A DNA stretch of 64,000 nucleotides, taken from the NCBI GenBank assembly GCA_902594855.1, contig CACJNS010000001.1, positions 474,405-538,404 of the forward strand, in the 5' to 3' direction. Made by a program: the position numbers and the translations under genes. The notes under the pieces are model-generated. The model had not been told where the DNA came from. It ran no database searches and was given only the letters and a program-made list of their open reading frames with translations. Origin of the DNA: an uncultured SAR86 cluster bacterium (GTDB lineage: Bacteria; Pseudomonadota; Gammaproteobacteria; Magnimaribacterales; AG-339-G14). Of this stretch, positions 43,657 to 53,515 are shown piece by piece. The number at the start of each line of letters is the position of its first letter. Position 1 is the first letter of the stretch.

Positions 43657-45051
43657 ATGCTTAAATTTCTTTTAGTCATTTCTTTATCTTTTGTTTCTTT
43701 TTCTGCATTTGTTCAAGAAGAAAAGCCAAAAGAGAAGCAGGTACTTTTTCCTGAGTACAAACTTGACGATTGCTTAAAGAATCTAGATGTAAAGAAAGCT
43801 AGTAAGAGAAGATCTGCCAAAACTTTAAGTAGATCTGTCCAAAGAATAATGGCTGATGTTTTTCCTCTTTTAGAGGAGGAGCAATGGGACGAAGCTTTAT
43901 TGCTATTAGATCGAATCAAAGGCCTTGAAAAAGCTACTGATACTGATTTAGCTCAAATGTGGTATTACTATGCTTACATCCATTTTTCTCAAGATAATTT
44001 GAGACTAGCGAAATATGACTATCAACAATTTTTAGCAATTCCTGATACTGATCCAAGACTCAAGGCAGGTGTGATTTTTAGTCTTGCTCAAATTGCTTAT
44101 TCTAGCGAGGAATACAGAGAAACTATCAGGCGCCTTAAAGAATGGCTTGCGTTAGAAGAAGCTCCAAGCTCAACGGGTTTTGACATTATGGCCGCAGCTC
44201 ATTGGCAACTAAAGGAAAAGAAGCTTGCCTTAAGAAATGCAGAGACTGCGATGTGCATCTCCAAAGCAAATCAAAAAATTCCTCGAGAAGGTACCTATAA
44301 CCTTATCATAGCTTTATATAATGAGAGTGAAGACACTCAATCAATGTTAACTCTTTATGAAGAACTCGTAAGTTTTTATCCAAAGAAAAGATACTGGGTT
44401 CAGCTTTCAGGAATTTATGGTGAATTAAAAAAAGAATCTAAACAATTGGGAGCTCTTGAAGCTGCTCACGATCAAAGGCTTTTGGATAAAGAAAATGAGT
44501 ACATTGTCCTTTATCAGCTTTTAATGAGAGCTGAGGCTCCTTATAAAGCCGCAAAAGTTATTGACTATGGAATTACAGAAGAGTTTGTGGAAGAAAATGA
44601 AAAGCATCTCAAATATTTAGCTCAAGCATGGCATTTATCTCAAGAGCTAGGTAAAGCTGAGCCCGTTTATAAAAAGGCTGCTGAAAAAGCTAAGGATGGA
44701 GAGCTGTATGTATTTCTGGGGCAGATTTATCTGGCTACAGATAGACTTGATTTAGCCTCACAAAGTCTAAAAAGAGGTCTAGAAAAAGGAAAATTAAAAG
44801 ATCCTGTATCTGTGAATATATTGCTGGGGCAAGTTGCTTACGAACAACAAAAATTCGATGAAGCTACAACGTTCTTTAGAAAATCACTCGATAAAGTTAG
44901 TGATATAAAAGGAAAAAATGAAGAAGATACTTTTAAAAAGCAAGACAAGCTTAGAAACCAAGCTCTTAAGTGGCTGACTTACACTGAGAATGAAAGAGAA
45001 AGAGTCAGGATTCTTAACTTGAGAAGAAAAGATTTAGAAGAAAACGCCTAA
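43657..45051 (+). CDS. TPR-repeat periplasmic protein (TtpD-like last gene of the TonB2-type cluster)
   Basis: 464 aa with a signal peptide and repeated Ala/Tyr/Leu-spaced helical repeats. It directly follows tonB. Confidence 0.7.
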   Translation: MLKFLLVISLSFVSFSAFVQEEKPKEKQVLFPEYKLDDCLKNLDVKKASKRRSAKTLSRSVQRIMADVFPLLEEEQWDEALLLLDRIKGLEKATDTDLAQMWYYYAYIHFSQDNLRLAKYDYQQFLAIPDTDPRLKAGVIFSLAQIAYSSEEYRETIRRLKEWLALEEAPSSTGFDIMAAAHWQLKEKKLALRNAETAMCISKANQKIPREGTYNLIIALYNESEDTQSMLTLYEELVSFYPKKRYWVQLSGIYGELKKESKQLGALEAAHDQRLLDKENEYIVLYQLLMRAEAPYKAAKVIDYGITEEFVEENEKHLKYLAQAWHLSQELGKAEPVYKKAAEKAKDGELYVFLGQIYLATDRLDLASQSLKRGLEKGKLKDPVSVNILLGQVAYEQQKFDEATTFFRKSLDKVSDIKGKNEEDTFKKQDKLRNQALKWLTYTENERERVRILNLRRKDLEENA

Positions 45052-45539
45052 GAACTTTTTACGTACTTTATTAAAGCACAGTTTATTCCAGAGCCTTCAT
45101 CAAAAAAGTCTTCTCTTTCCATTTCCTTCCAGCTTTCCCAATCAAAATCAGGCAGACTTACATCTCCTTCCACTTCAATATCAACCTGAGTCAGGTATAG
45201 CGTATCTGCAAAAATTTCCCCACTTTTATAGATAGCGTAACCCCCGATCAAGAAAATATCTTTATTTGGAAAGTTTTCTTTTGATAAATTTATTGCGTCT
45301 TCTAATGATCTGACTATTTCGCATCCATCTGCCGACTTCAATGTTGTTGATACAATTACATTTTCTCTATTTGGCAGAGATTTTCCTATCGATAAAAAAG
45401 TATTTTTACCCATTATCACTACTGAATTGCTTGTAATTTTTCTGAATCTTTTTAGATCTTCAGAAATTTGCCAGGGCAGGGAACCATCCTTTCCAATGAA
45501 ACCATTTTTAGAAACGGCAACAATTAGACTTAAAGTCAT
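45048..45539 (-). CDS. folA: Dihydrofolate reductase
   Basis: 163 aa with the strings LIVAVSKNGFIGKDGSLPW and VIMGKNTF. Confidence 0.9.
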   Translation of the reverse strand: MTLSLIVAVSKNGFIGKDGSLPWQISEDLKRFRKITSNSVVIMGKNTFLSIGKSLPNRENVIVSTTLKSADGCEIVRSLEDAINLSKENFPNKDIFLIGGYAIYKSGEIFADTLYLTQVDIEVEGDVSLPDFDWESWKEMEREDFFDEGSGINCALIKYVKSS

Positions 45540-46333
45540 TAGACGGCAATAGGAGCTGAAATTGCAGGGTGAGGATCGTATTCTTTTATTTTGAAATCTT
45601 CATAAGAAAAATCAAAAAGATCCTTAATATCTTTATTAATTTCGAGGCTAGGTAATTTTTTAGGCTCTCTTTCAAGTTGTAATTTAGCTTGATCAAGATG
45701 ATTGTGATAAAGATGCGCATCACCTAAGGTCAAAATGAATTCCTTTGGCTTCAGGTTGCAAACTTGGGCAATCATCATTGTTAAAAGTGCATAGGATGCG
45801 ATGTTGAACGGAACTCCAAGAAAGACATCTGCACTTCTTTGATATAACTGACAAGAAATTTTTCCATCTGCTACATAAAATTGAAAGAGAATATGACAAG
45901 GCGGCAATGCCATTTCATCAATGAGGGAAACATTCCATGCGCTTACTATATGGCGTCTAGAATTAGGATTATTTTTTATGCTTTCAACGACTTGAGTTAA
46001 TTGATCAACTTTTTTGCCATCATGAGTTGGCCATGATCTCCATTGTGATCCATAAACCGGTCCTAGCTCTCCATTTGGGTCTGCCCACTCATCCCATATA
46101 GTTACTTTATTATCTTTCAAAAATTTTATATTTGTTTCTCCTTTTATAAACCAAAGCAATTCATAAATGATAGATTTTAGATGTACCTTCTTAGTTGTTA
46201 TTAATGGGAAGTTATTTTCTAAATCAAACCTTAATTGTTCTCCAAAAATACTTCTTGTTCCCGTTCCAGTTCGATCTTCTCTATCTACACCTTCGTGGAT
46301 AATTTTTTCTACTAAATTTAAATAATTTCTCAT
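45539..46333 (-). CDS. thyA: Thymidylate synthase
   Basis: 264 aa with the active-site string LPPCH.LFQFYV, plus DRTGTGT and [19 protein letters not shown]. Confidence 0.97.
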   Translation of the reverse strand: MRNYLNLVEKIIHEGVDREDRTGTGTRSIFGEQLRFDLENNFPLITTKKVHLKSIIYELLWFIKGETNIKFLKDNKVTIWDEWADPNGELGPVYGSQWRSWPTHDGKKVDQLTQVVESIKNNPNSRRHIVSAWNVSLIDEMALPPCHILFQFYVADGKISCQLYQRSADVFLGVPFNIASYALLTMMIAQVCNLKPKEFILTLGDAHLYHNHLDQAKLQLEREPKKLPSLEINKDIKDLFDFSYEDFKIKEYDPHPAISAPIAV

Positions 46334-47124
46334 GAGGGCTTTTTTCTATAGGCGAAGATCAATAAAGATATACCTATTATTAGCATAGGTAAACTCAAAA
46401 GCTGACCTCTTGTAAATATTTCTAATAAATCAAATCCAATGTGTGCATCTGGTGTTCTAAAGTTTTCCGTAGAAATTCTTACAACTGCATAGCCACTCAG
46501 AAATAAACCAGCTATGGACCATCTTGGAGGGTTAGTCCGCGCGAACAGGTATAGCAAAATGAATAGAATGACTCCTTCGCTAAATGCTTGATAAAGTTGA
46601 GACGGATGTCGTAAAAGGCCTTCAGGATCGTTTGAAAAAATGACTCCCCAAGAAACTTCAGTTGGTCGTCCTAATAATTCTCCTCCCATAAAATTTCCTA
46701 CCCTTACTGATCCAAGACCTATAGGGAAGCAGATAGCGTAATGCTCCATTACATCAGAGAACTTAAGGTCAAACTTTTTACCAAATAAATAAAAGGAAAA
46801 GAGAACCCCGATCAAACCTCCGTGAAAAGATAGGCCGCCTTCCCAGATCCTTATAATTGACAAAGGATCGTAAATTAATTGATCAGGTGCATAGAAGACC
46901 ATGTAACCAATTCTGCCGCCTAAAATTGCTCCTAATATCCCATAAGTTAAATAGTCTTCAGCTTGTGCAGGTGACAATCTTCCGCTTACTTTACCAATTC
47001 TTTTAGCAGCAAAATTTACTCCTAAAATTGCAACCAACCATGATATGCCATACCAGTAAACTGGCCACCAACCTAACACAGGAACTGGAATATAAAATGC
47101 AACTGGATCGATATTTATAATCAT
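46330..47124 (-). CDS. lgt: Prolipoprotein diacylglyceryl transferase
   Basis: 264 aa with [16 protein letters not shown] and GR.GNF..GEL.GRPT-like strings. The order is lgt-thyA, as in enterics. Confidence 0.92.
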   Translation of the reverse strand: MIINIDPVAFYIPVPVLGWWPVYWYGISWLVAILGVNFAAKRIGKVSGRLSPAQAEDYLTYGILGAILGGRIGYMVFYAPDQLIYDPLSIIRIWEGGLSFHGGLIGVLFSFYLFGKKFDLKFSDVMEHYAICFPIGLGSVRVGNFMGGELLGRPTEVSWGVIFSNDPEGLLRHPSQLYQAFSEGVILFILLYLFARTNPPRWSIAGLFLSGYAVVRISTENFRTPDAHIGFDLLEIFTRGQLLSLPMLIIGISLLIFAYRKKPS

Positions 47125-47930
47125 AAAAAAGTTGAATAAAAGACCCTAAATGCCGCAAGGATTACCAAAATTGCAAAAGCTTTTTTTAAAATATCTCCTT
47201 GAGTGTTTGAGGACAAATTTGCCCCGACCCGAGCGAAATAAATACTGCTCAATCCAACAATTAAAATTGCAGGGTAAAAAGCTGCTCCAATAAGATAATC
47301 TAATTCTTTAGCCGCCTCTGGAACAAATAAAAAGACTGCTATTGAGCTTGATAGAGCAAATGAAAATCCCATCACAGAAGATGTGCCAATTGCTTTATGC
47401 ATAGATAATCCTCTGAATTTAAAATAAGGAATCATCAAAATTCCTCCACCAATTCCTACAATTGAGGTTAAAGAGGCTATTGCGGCAATTACAAGTATTA
47501 GCTCTACTTTATTTATTTCTTTAGAAGCTTGTTTTGGAGAAATATCAAAAATTAATTGTAAGGCTGCCAAGGTCAATGAAACAGCAATGATAATTTGTAA
47601 GGTTGTGCTTTCGAAAAAAAACGAGATATATCTCCCTAAGAATGCAAAAAGTAATCCCACTAAAAAAACAATCCTTAAAACATCCGTATCTACATTTCCA
47701 TTTTTATAATGTGTTCGGGCAGCATTGGGAATCACTAAAGCCATTGTCGTCATTGATGTGCCTGTTGCTAAAAATGGGATAATTTCTTTAGGGAAGTTTA
47801 AAAATTCAAATAGGAAAATGTAAGCCGGCACTAGAATGATGCCAGAACCAATCCCAAAGAAACCCGAAAGTAGCCCTGCAAAGATACCTAGAAACAAGAG
47901 AGCTATGGTTAGTTCAATCATTACATGCAT
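47121..47930 (-). CDS. TauE/SafE-family anion exporter membrane protein
   Basis: 269 aa with 7-8 TM helices and a duplicated G-rich helix motif (GFFGIGSGIILVP / GIGGGILMIP). Confidence 0.75.
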   Translation of the reverse strand: MHVMIELTIALLFLGIFAGLLSGFFGIGSGIILVPAYIFLFEFLNFPKEIIPFLATGTSMTTMALVIPNAARTHYKNGNVDTDVLRIVFLVGLLFAFLGRYISFFFESTTLQIIIAVSLTLAALQLIFDISPKQASKEINKVELILVIAAIASLTSIVGIGGGILMIPYFKFRGLSMHKAIGTSSVMGFSFALSSSIAVFLFVPEAAKELDYLIGAAFYPAILIVGLSSIYFARVGANLSSNTQGDILKKAFAILVILAAFRVFYSTFL

Positions 47931-47974
47931 TATCTATGATAGAGGTGCTCTGATAAACTTCTTTCCAAAATAAA

Positions 47975-48751
47975 ATGTGTCTGATTCTTACTGCAATAAA
48001 TCCTAACTCTGAGTTTAAACTTGTCTTAGCCTCAAATCGTGATGAGTTTTATGAAAGACCAACAAAAAATATGTTTTGGAGGGCAGACACAAATATTCTT
48101 TCTGGAGAGGATGAGCTCAAAAAAGGTATGTGGTTAGGCTTAAATAAAAATGGAAGTCTCGCAGCAGTTACCAACGTCAGAGACTTTTCTGATGCAGAAG
48201 CTCTCAATCAACCTGAAAAAAAAGAATCCAGAGGCGACCTAGTAAAAAATTTCCTTGAGGAAAACATATCTATAAAAGATTATTCAAATAGAATTAATGG
48301 ATCAAATTATCAAGGATTTAATCTGATTCTTATCAAAGACTTCAAGTTAAGTATTATTTCAAGCGAAGCTACTGAATTAGATCAGCAGAGTGAGGGGATC
48401 TTTGTTTTAGGCAATAAAAAATATAATTCAAAAAGTGAAAAACTCTTAAGCGCAAAAAAAGATTTTAGTGTTGTTCTTAAATCTCAATTAACTCATCAGG
48501 GACTACTTCAGTTGATGTCTGAGCCAGCTAATGAACCTTTTGCTTTTTCAAATACATTTATTAAAGGCAATCATGGCAATGAATTCAATGCGCGCTTTAT
48601 AAATTCTGATATTTATGGAACAAGAGCAACAACAATTATAACAATCGATCAAGAAAACTTATGTTTAATTACAGAGAGGGTTTTCGATGATAAGGGCTTT
48701 GTGAAAGAAAATAAATTTGAATTTACTGTAAAAAATGAAAGAGTTTCCTGA
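47975..48751 (+). CDS. NRDE-family protein (DUF833/TANGO2-like)
   Basis: 258 aa that starts MC and contains the eponymous NRDE motif (LASNRDEFYERPT). Confidence 0.8.
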   Translation: MCLILTAINPNSEFKLVLASNRDEFYERPTKNMFWRADTNILSGEDELKKGMWLGLNKNGSLAAVTNVRDFSDAEALNQPEKKESRGDLVKNFLEENISIKDYSNRINGSNYQGFNLILIKDFKLSIISSEATELDQQSEGIFVLGNKKYNSKSEKLLSAKKDFSVVLKSQLTHQGLLQLMSEPANEPFAFSNTFIKGNHGNEFNARFINSDIYGTRATTIITIDQENLCLITERVFDDKGFVKENKFEFTVKNERVS

Positions 48752-49208
48752 AGGCTATAGAAAGAATGTGGCTGTCATTGTTAGAAATCCGTCGGATGGA
48801 AAGTTACTTTTTTGTCGAAGATGTGAAACAGACAATTGGCAATTTCCACAAGGCGGCATAGATAATGGAGAAGACACCACTGAGGCTATGTACAGAGAAC
48901 TATATGAGGAAGTAGGACTTGGTAAAGATGATATTAATATTGTTGCTATTTCAAAAGAATGGATAACTTATGACATCCCAACATCAATTAGATCTTACGT
49001 TTTGGGAGGTAAATTTAAAGGCCAGATTCAAAAATGGTATTTTGTGGATCTCGTTTCCCCAAAAGAAAAAATAGACTTAAGTCAGGATAATAAGCCAGAA
49101 TTCGATAAATATGAATGGGTCACATATTGGTATCCTTTAGGAAAAATTATCGATTTTAAAAGGGAAGCATATAGAAAGGTACTTACAGAATTTGCTGAGC
49201 AAATGTGA
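48735..49208 (+). CDS. rppH: RNA pyrophosphohydrolase (Nudix)
   Basis: 157 aa with the Nudix box GGIDNGEDTTEAMYRELYEEVGL. WQFPQGG aligns with E. coli RppH. Confidence 0.9.
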   Translation: MKEFPEGYRKNVAVIVRNPSDGKLLFCRRCETDNWQFPQGGIDNGEDTTEAMYRELYEEVGLGKDDINIVAISKEWITYDIPTSIRSYVLGGKFKGQIQKWYFVDLVSPKEKIDLSQDNKPEFDKYEWVTYWYPLGKIIDFKREAYRKVLTEFAEQM

Positions 49209-49211
49209 AAG

Positions 49212-49859
49212 ATGAAATTACACGTTTTTGATTTGGACGACACACTCCTTTGTGGAGACTCTGAGGGAGCATGGATAAATTTTTTATCAACAAAAGGCTT
49301 CTTTGTTAACGATGACCATTCCTCAATAATGGAACAGTTTGAAGTAGATTATCGTTCCGGTAATTTTGATTCAGAAAAATACTGTCTTTATATCTTGCAA
49401 TCCATGCAGGGTATTCAGGAAAAGGAATTATCAAAATTATCTGATGAATTTATCGAAGGGTACTTTGAGCAATTAGTAGATCAAGTTACCTTTAATCTTT
49501 TAGGTAGGATTGAGAAAGAGGATCTATCTATTATTGCTACCGGAGCTATGGATTTTTTAGGAAATGAATTTTCCCGCAAATTTGGTATTCAAGACTGCAT
49601 TGCGACCAAGACAGAGGTCATAGACAATAGAGTATCTGGTAGGTTAGACGGTTCGCCTAACTTTGGGTCTCATAAGAAAGCTAACGTTGAAGAATGGTGC
49701 AAACGCAAAAATATTTCTAAAGAAGAGATTATTTTTTACACAGATTCTATAAATGATTTTCCTTTGGTTGAGCATAGCCCCAAAAGTGTAATTGTAAGCC
49801 CCGATGATAAGTTAGAAAAATTTGCTCAGGAAAATAAATTAGAAATTATTTATCGTTAA
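49212..49859 (+). CDS. HAD-IB family hydrolase
   Basis: 215 aa with the DxDxT motif (FDLDDTLL) and a distal YTDSINDFPL motif. Confidence 0.75.
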   Translation: MKLHVFDLDDTLLCGDSEGAWINFLSTKGFFVNDDHSSIMEQFEVDYRSGNFDSEKYCLYILQSMQGIQEKELSKLSDEFIEGYFEQLVDQVTFNLLGRIEKEDLSIIATGAMDFLGNEFSRKFGIQDCIATKTEVIDNRVSGRLDGSPNFGSHKKANVEEWCKRKNISKEEIIFYTDSINDFPLVEHSPKSVIVSPDDKLEKFAQENKLEIIYR

Positions 49860-49876
49860 CATATTAAAATAAATAC

Positions 49877-51097
49877 ATGGACGATCTGAAAGAACAATTT
49901 GATTCTTTTTGCAAAGAAAAAAATGTAATTGATTTAACAAGAGGAAAGCCATCTCCAGAACAACTGATTTTATCTGAAGAGCTCGATGGTATTTTAGATG
50001 GAAATTTTATTCAAGACGGCATTGACATAAGAAACTACGGTGAAATAAAAGGCCTGCCTTCTGCCAGAAAGCTCGGCGCTGAGTTATTGGATTATTCTGA
50101 AGAATATATTCTTGCTTCCTCAAATAGCAGCTTAACTTTGATGGGCAATCTTTTGTCAGCCTTCCTATTTAATGGCAGCGGGGATGCTCCTTGGAATGAA
50201 TTGGAAACTATTTCAATAATTTGTCCAGTCCCTGGTTATGATCGTCATTTTGCACTATGTGAAAAACTTGGAATCAAGATGATAAAAGTTCCACTAACAG
50301 GAGATGGTCCCGACATGAATATTGTTGAAGACTTAGTAAAGAACGATGACAGCATTAAAGGTATATGGTGCATACCCAAACATTCAAACCCTACCGGAGA
50401 AATATATTCTAATGATACCGTTAAGAGAATTGCCAATTTACCACTGATGGGTGCTTCAGATTTCATTGTTCTTTGGGATAATGCTTACGCGGTCCATGAT
50501 TTTGCAAATTCAAAAAAGCTACCAAGCATTCAGGATATCTCACAAGAACTTGATACTTTTGATAATGTGGCCACTTTTGGTAGTACTAGCAAGATAACTT
50601 TTGCCGGCGGTGGAATAGCCTTTTTAGGGGCTTCCGATAAGTTAATGAGCTTATTTCTTGATTACTTTTCAAAATTCAATTTCAGTCCAGATAAGGTTAA
50701 TCAAGCAAGACACGTTAGATTTTTAAAAAATAGAAAGGGCATAGAAGCTCATATGAAAAAACTAGCCAACGTTATAAGACCTAAATTTGAACTAGTAGAT
50801 AAGTATCTCAATTCTTTACCGAATGGATTGGCTTCTTGGACTAAACCAACTGGAGGATATTTTATATCCTTTGATTCAAAGCCTGGACAAGCATCTAAAA
50901 TTTTTGATTTATGTAAGGCTGCAGGGCTTAATCTAACCCCTATAGGATCTGCTTTTCCTTACAGAAGAGATCAAGAAGATAGCAACATAAGAATAGCACC
51001 AACCTACGTGTCAATTGAAGATCTTGAAAAAGCAATGCAAATATTTGTGTGTTGTGTGAAATTGGCAGACGAAATGGAGAAAAGCTTAGTTTCTTGA
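49877..51097 (+). CDS. PLP-dependent aminotransferase, class I/II fold
   Basis: 406 aa with the HSNPTG and NAY motifs and a candidate PLP lysine in GSTSKITFAGGG. Confidence 0.7.
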   Translation: MDDLKEQFDSFCKEKNVIDLTRGKPSPEQLILSEELDGILDGNFIQDGIDIRNYGEIKGLPSARKLGAELLDYSEEYILASSNSSLTLMGNLLSAFLFNGSGDAPWNELETISIICPVPGYDRHFALCEKLGIKMIKVPLTGDGPDMNIVEDLVKNDDSIKGIWCIPKHSNPTGEIYSNDTVKRIANLPLMGASDFIVLWDNAYAVHDFANSKKLPSIQDISQELDTFDNVATFGSTSKITFAGGGIAFLGASDKLMSLFLDYFSKFNFSPDKVNQARHVRFLKNRKGIEAHMKKLANVIRPKFELVDKYLNSLPNGLASWTKPTGGYFISFDSKPGQASKIFDLCKAAGLNLTPIGSAFPYRRDQEDSNIRIAPTYVSIEDLEKAMQIFVCCVKLADEMEKSLVS

Positions 51098-51430
51098 AGT
51101 TTCTCTTACTTCATAAGCTTGGCCTTTGAAAGGTCCAAAAAATTCTTTTACATCAGGATGATCAACCGGAGAGTTAGAATCGTCAGCTATAAGATTTTGT
51201 TGTGAAACATAAGCTGTGTAAAAAACATCATCATTCTCGGCAAACACATGATAAAAAGGTTGATCCTTTCTAGGTCTTATTTGTTGGGGAATGCTTTGGT
51301 ACCACTCTTCGGTATTATTAAACTCAGGATCAACGTCAAAAATTACACCTCTAAAATCTAGGTATTTATGTCTGACAACCTGTCCTATGGAATAATTGGT
51401 TTCGATAAGTTCTTTCATTGATAAATTCAT
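51086..51430 (-). CDS. hspQ: Heat-shock protein HspQ (hemimethylated-DNA-binding, YccV family)
   Basis: 114 aa. YSIGQVVRHKYLDFRGVIFDVDPEF and PFYHV align with E. coli HspQ. Confidence 0.85.
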   Translation of the reverse strand: MNLSMKELIETNYSIGQVVRHKYLDFRGVIFDVDPEFNNTEEWYQSIPQQIRPRKDQPFYHVFAENDDVFYTAYVSQQNLIADDSNSPVDHPDVKEFFGPFKGQAYEVRETSRN

Positions 51431-51466
51431 TCTAACATCATTTTTATGTGGGCTTTGTCAAAAAAA

Positions 51467-52534
51467 TCAACCTTTGTGACGTCCCTGTAAATAATCATTA
51501 GATTGCATTTCAGTTAGTCTACTTAAGGTCCTTTGAAATTTGTCGGTAAGTCTTTTACCAGTATAAATTTCATTTGGAAGAGGGTTGGATAGAAAAATTA
51601 CTTTAACGTTTCGATCGTAACATTCATCAATAAAGGCTATGAATCTTCTTGCTGTATCTTCCTCTTCAATTACATTGAGATTAGAAATAAAAATTGTATG
51701 GAACTCTCTTGATAACTCGATGTAGTCTGATGAACTTCTCGGAGAGCTAAAGATCACATCAGCTGAAAAATGAATAATGTCATTTGCAGAATCTTTAAAA
51801 GCAATTTTTCTGTCTAAAATATCTATGGCATCTGGCCCAGAATTAGTTCCTTTAGATAACTGAAGAAATAATTCATTGAAGCTATTTATCTTCTCAGAGT
51901 CTATAGGAGAGAAATAAATACCGCTCTTTTCTAGCTCTCTTAATCTGTAATCTGTTACTGACTCTAGACATACAACTTCACAATGATTTTCAATTGCAGA
52001 TATTGCTGAGAGAAAAGATTTTCGTTGCAGTCCACCCATGTAAAGATCGCTAGGTTTGATGTTTGAGGTGAAAACCATTTTAACTTTCGAGGCCAATAGC
52101 TTTTCTAATGATCTACCGAGCAACATGGCATCACCGATGTCTTCCACATAAAACTCATCAAAGCATATAAGGTCATAATCTCGTTCTAATTCTGAGACGA
52201 CAATACTCAAAGGATCAGTTTTTCCAGATAGCTCAGCTAACCTTGCATGGATAGACTGCATAAATCTATGGAAATGCTGACGAATCTTTTTCTCAGTCCT
52301 TACCGAATCAAAAAATAAATCCATAAGCATTGTTTTGCCTCTTCCAACGCCGCCATATATGTAAACACCCTCTAAAGAATTAGAAGATTTTTTGAAAAGT
52401 CCTTTAATATCTTCAAGGATTCCATCCTTTGCTATATTTTCAGATAGGGTCTCAAGTATTTGGACAATTTTGAGCTGATCAGGATCCTTTTGAAGGATTC
52501 CTGATTCAACTTGAGCTAAGTATTCTTTTTTCAG
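51467..52534 (-). CDS. zapE: Cell-division ATPase ZapE (AFG1-like); start codon uncertain (candidate CTG at 52534)
   Basis: The ORF-track version (from ATG 52330) starts inside the Walker A loop. The open frame continues 68 codons upstream: ...KKEYLAQVESGILQKDPDQL...GVYIYGGVGRGKT-MLMDLF. The FHRFM, CFDEF and TSN motifs align with E. coli ZapE. Confidence 0.8.
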   Translation of the reverse strand: MKKEYLAQVESGILQKDPDQLKIVQILETLSENIAKDGILEDIKGLFKKSSNSLEGVYIYGGVGRGKTMLMDLFFDSVRTEKKIRQHFHRFMQSIHARLAELSGKTDPLSIVVSELERDYDLICFDEFYVEDIGDAMLLGRSLEKLLASKVKMVFTSNIKPSDLYMGGLQRKSFLSAISAIENHCEVVCLESVTDYRLRELEKSGIYFSPIDSEKINSFNELFLQLSKGTNSGPDAIDILDRKIAFKDSANDIIHFSADVIFSSPRSSSDYIELSREFHTIFISNLNVIEEEDTARRFIAFIDECYDRNVKVIFLSNPLPNEIYTGKRLTDKFQRTLSRLTEMQSNDYLQGRHKG

Positions 52535-52536
52535 AG

Positions 52537-52821
52537 TTAGACTTTTTTATGTACTGAAATCTCAGGAGCTCCAGCCATAAAAGGCGCTAACGCCATTCCA
52601 AGCGTTTTAAAATGTTCTGTTTGCGAATGACTTTGATGAGCCTCTTCAGTTTTATAGAGTTCCATCATCATAATGGTTTGAGGATCATCGGTCTCATGCA
52701 TTTCATAGTAAAAACAATCAGGCTCATTATCAGCTACTGCTTGAACCAATTTACCCATGGCTTCTATAAAGTTATCTCTATCCCCGTCTTTTATTTTTAA
52801 TTTAGCTATTACTCCAATCAT
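52537..52821 (-). CDS. ABM-domain (antibiotic-biosynthesis-monooxygenase-like) small protein
   Basis: 94 aa with a ferredoxin-like pattern: IAKLKIKDG...F......EPDC..YE......P....M.ELY...EA...H..T.HF. Confidence 0.7.
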   Translation of the reverse strand: MIGVIAKLKIKDGDRDNFIEAMGKLVQAVADNEPDCFYYEMHETDDPQTIMMMELYKTEEAHQSHSQTEHFKTLGMALAPFMAGAPEISVHKKV

Positions 52822-52891
52822 TATTTATCCTCATTGATTTAAATTGATTTAAGATATCAAAGTATAACCATTTAATACTCAAGGAGAAATC

Positions 52892-53506
52892 ATGATTAAA
52901 ATTTGGGCTACGCAAGGTTCTAGAGCCATAAGACCAATATGGACTGCCGAAGAGATGGGATTAGATTACGAACTGACGATGATGCCATTTCCACCGAGAG
53001 TTTTTATGAAGGAATATCTCGATGTAAACATGTTGGGCACAATTCCTTATCTTACTGATGGAGAGGTAAAAATGACTGAATCAGTAGCTATGGCGCAATA
53101 CTTGGTTGAAAAATATGGTCCGACAGATTTAAGAGTTTCATCAGATGAACCAGATTATCCATCTTATTTAAATTGGTTATTCCATTCAGATGCAACTTTA
53201 ACCTTTCCTCAAACTGTTGTTCTTCGATATAAACTTCAAGAGCCTGGTGTAGCCGATGCTGCAGTTGATGGTTACAGTAGGTGGTTTGTATCTAGATTGA
53301 AGTTACTTGAAACAACTCTAGAAGATAGAGAATTTCTTTGTTCTGACAGGTTTACCATCGCAGACATATGCGTAAGTTATGCTATTACGTTGGCAGATTC
53401 TTTAGGTATTGAACAAGCATTTAAACCTAATATTAAACGTTGGACAGATATGCTCTTTGAAAGAGCGGCCTACAAAAAATCTATGTCTTACAAGCACGAA
53501 GAATAA
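52892..53506 (+). CDS. Glutathione S-transferase family protein
   Basis: 204 aa with a thioredoxin-like N-domain (GTIPYL.DGEVKMTES.A...YL) and a helical C-domain (FTIADI). A good AAGGAG Shine-Dalgarno precedes it. Confidence 0.85.
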   Translation: MIKIWATQGSRAIRPIWTAEEMGLDYELTMMPFPPRVFMKEYLDVNMLGTIPYLTDGEVKMTESVAMAQYLVEKYGPTDLRVSSDEPDYPSYLNWLFHSDATLTFPQTVVLRYKLQEPGVADAAVDGYSRWFVSRLKLLETTLEDREFLCSDRFTIADICVSYAITLADSLGIEQAFKPNIKRWTDMLFERAAYKKSMSYKHEE

Positions 53507-53515
53507 ATTTTTAAA

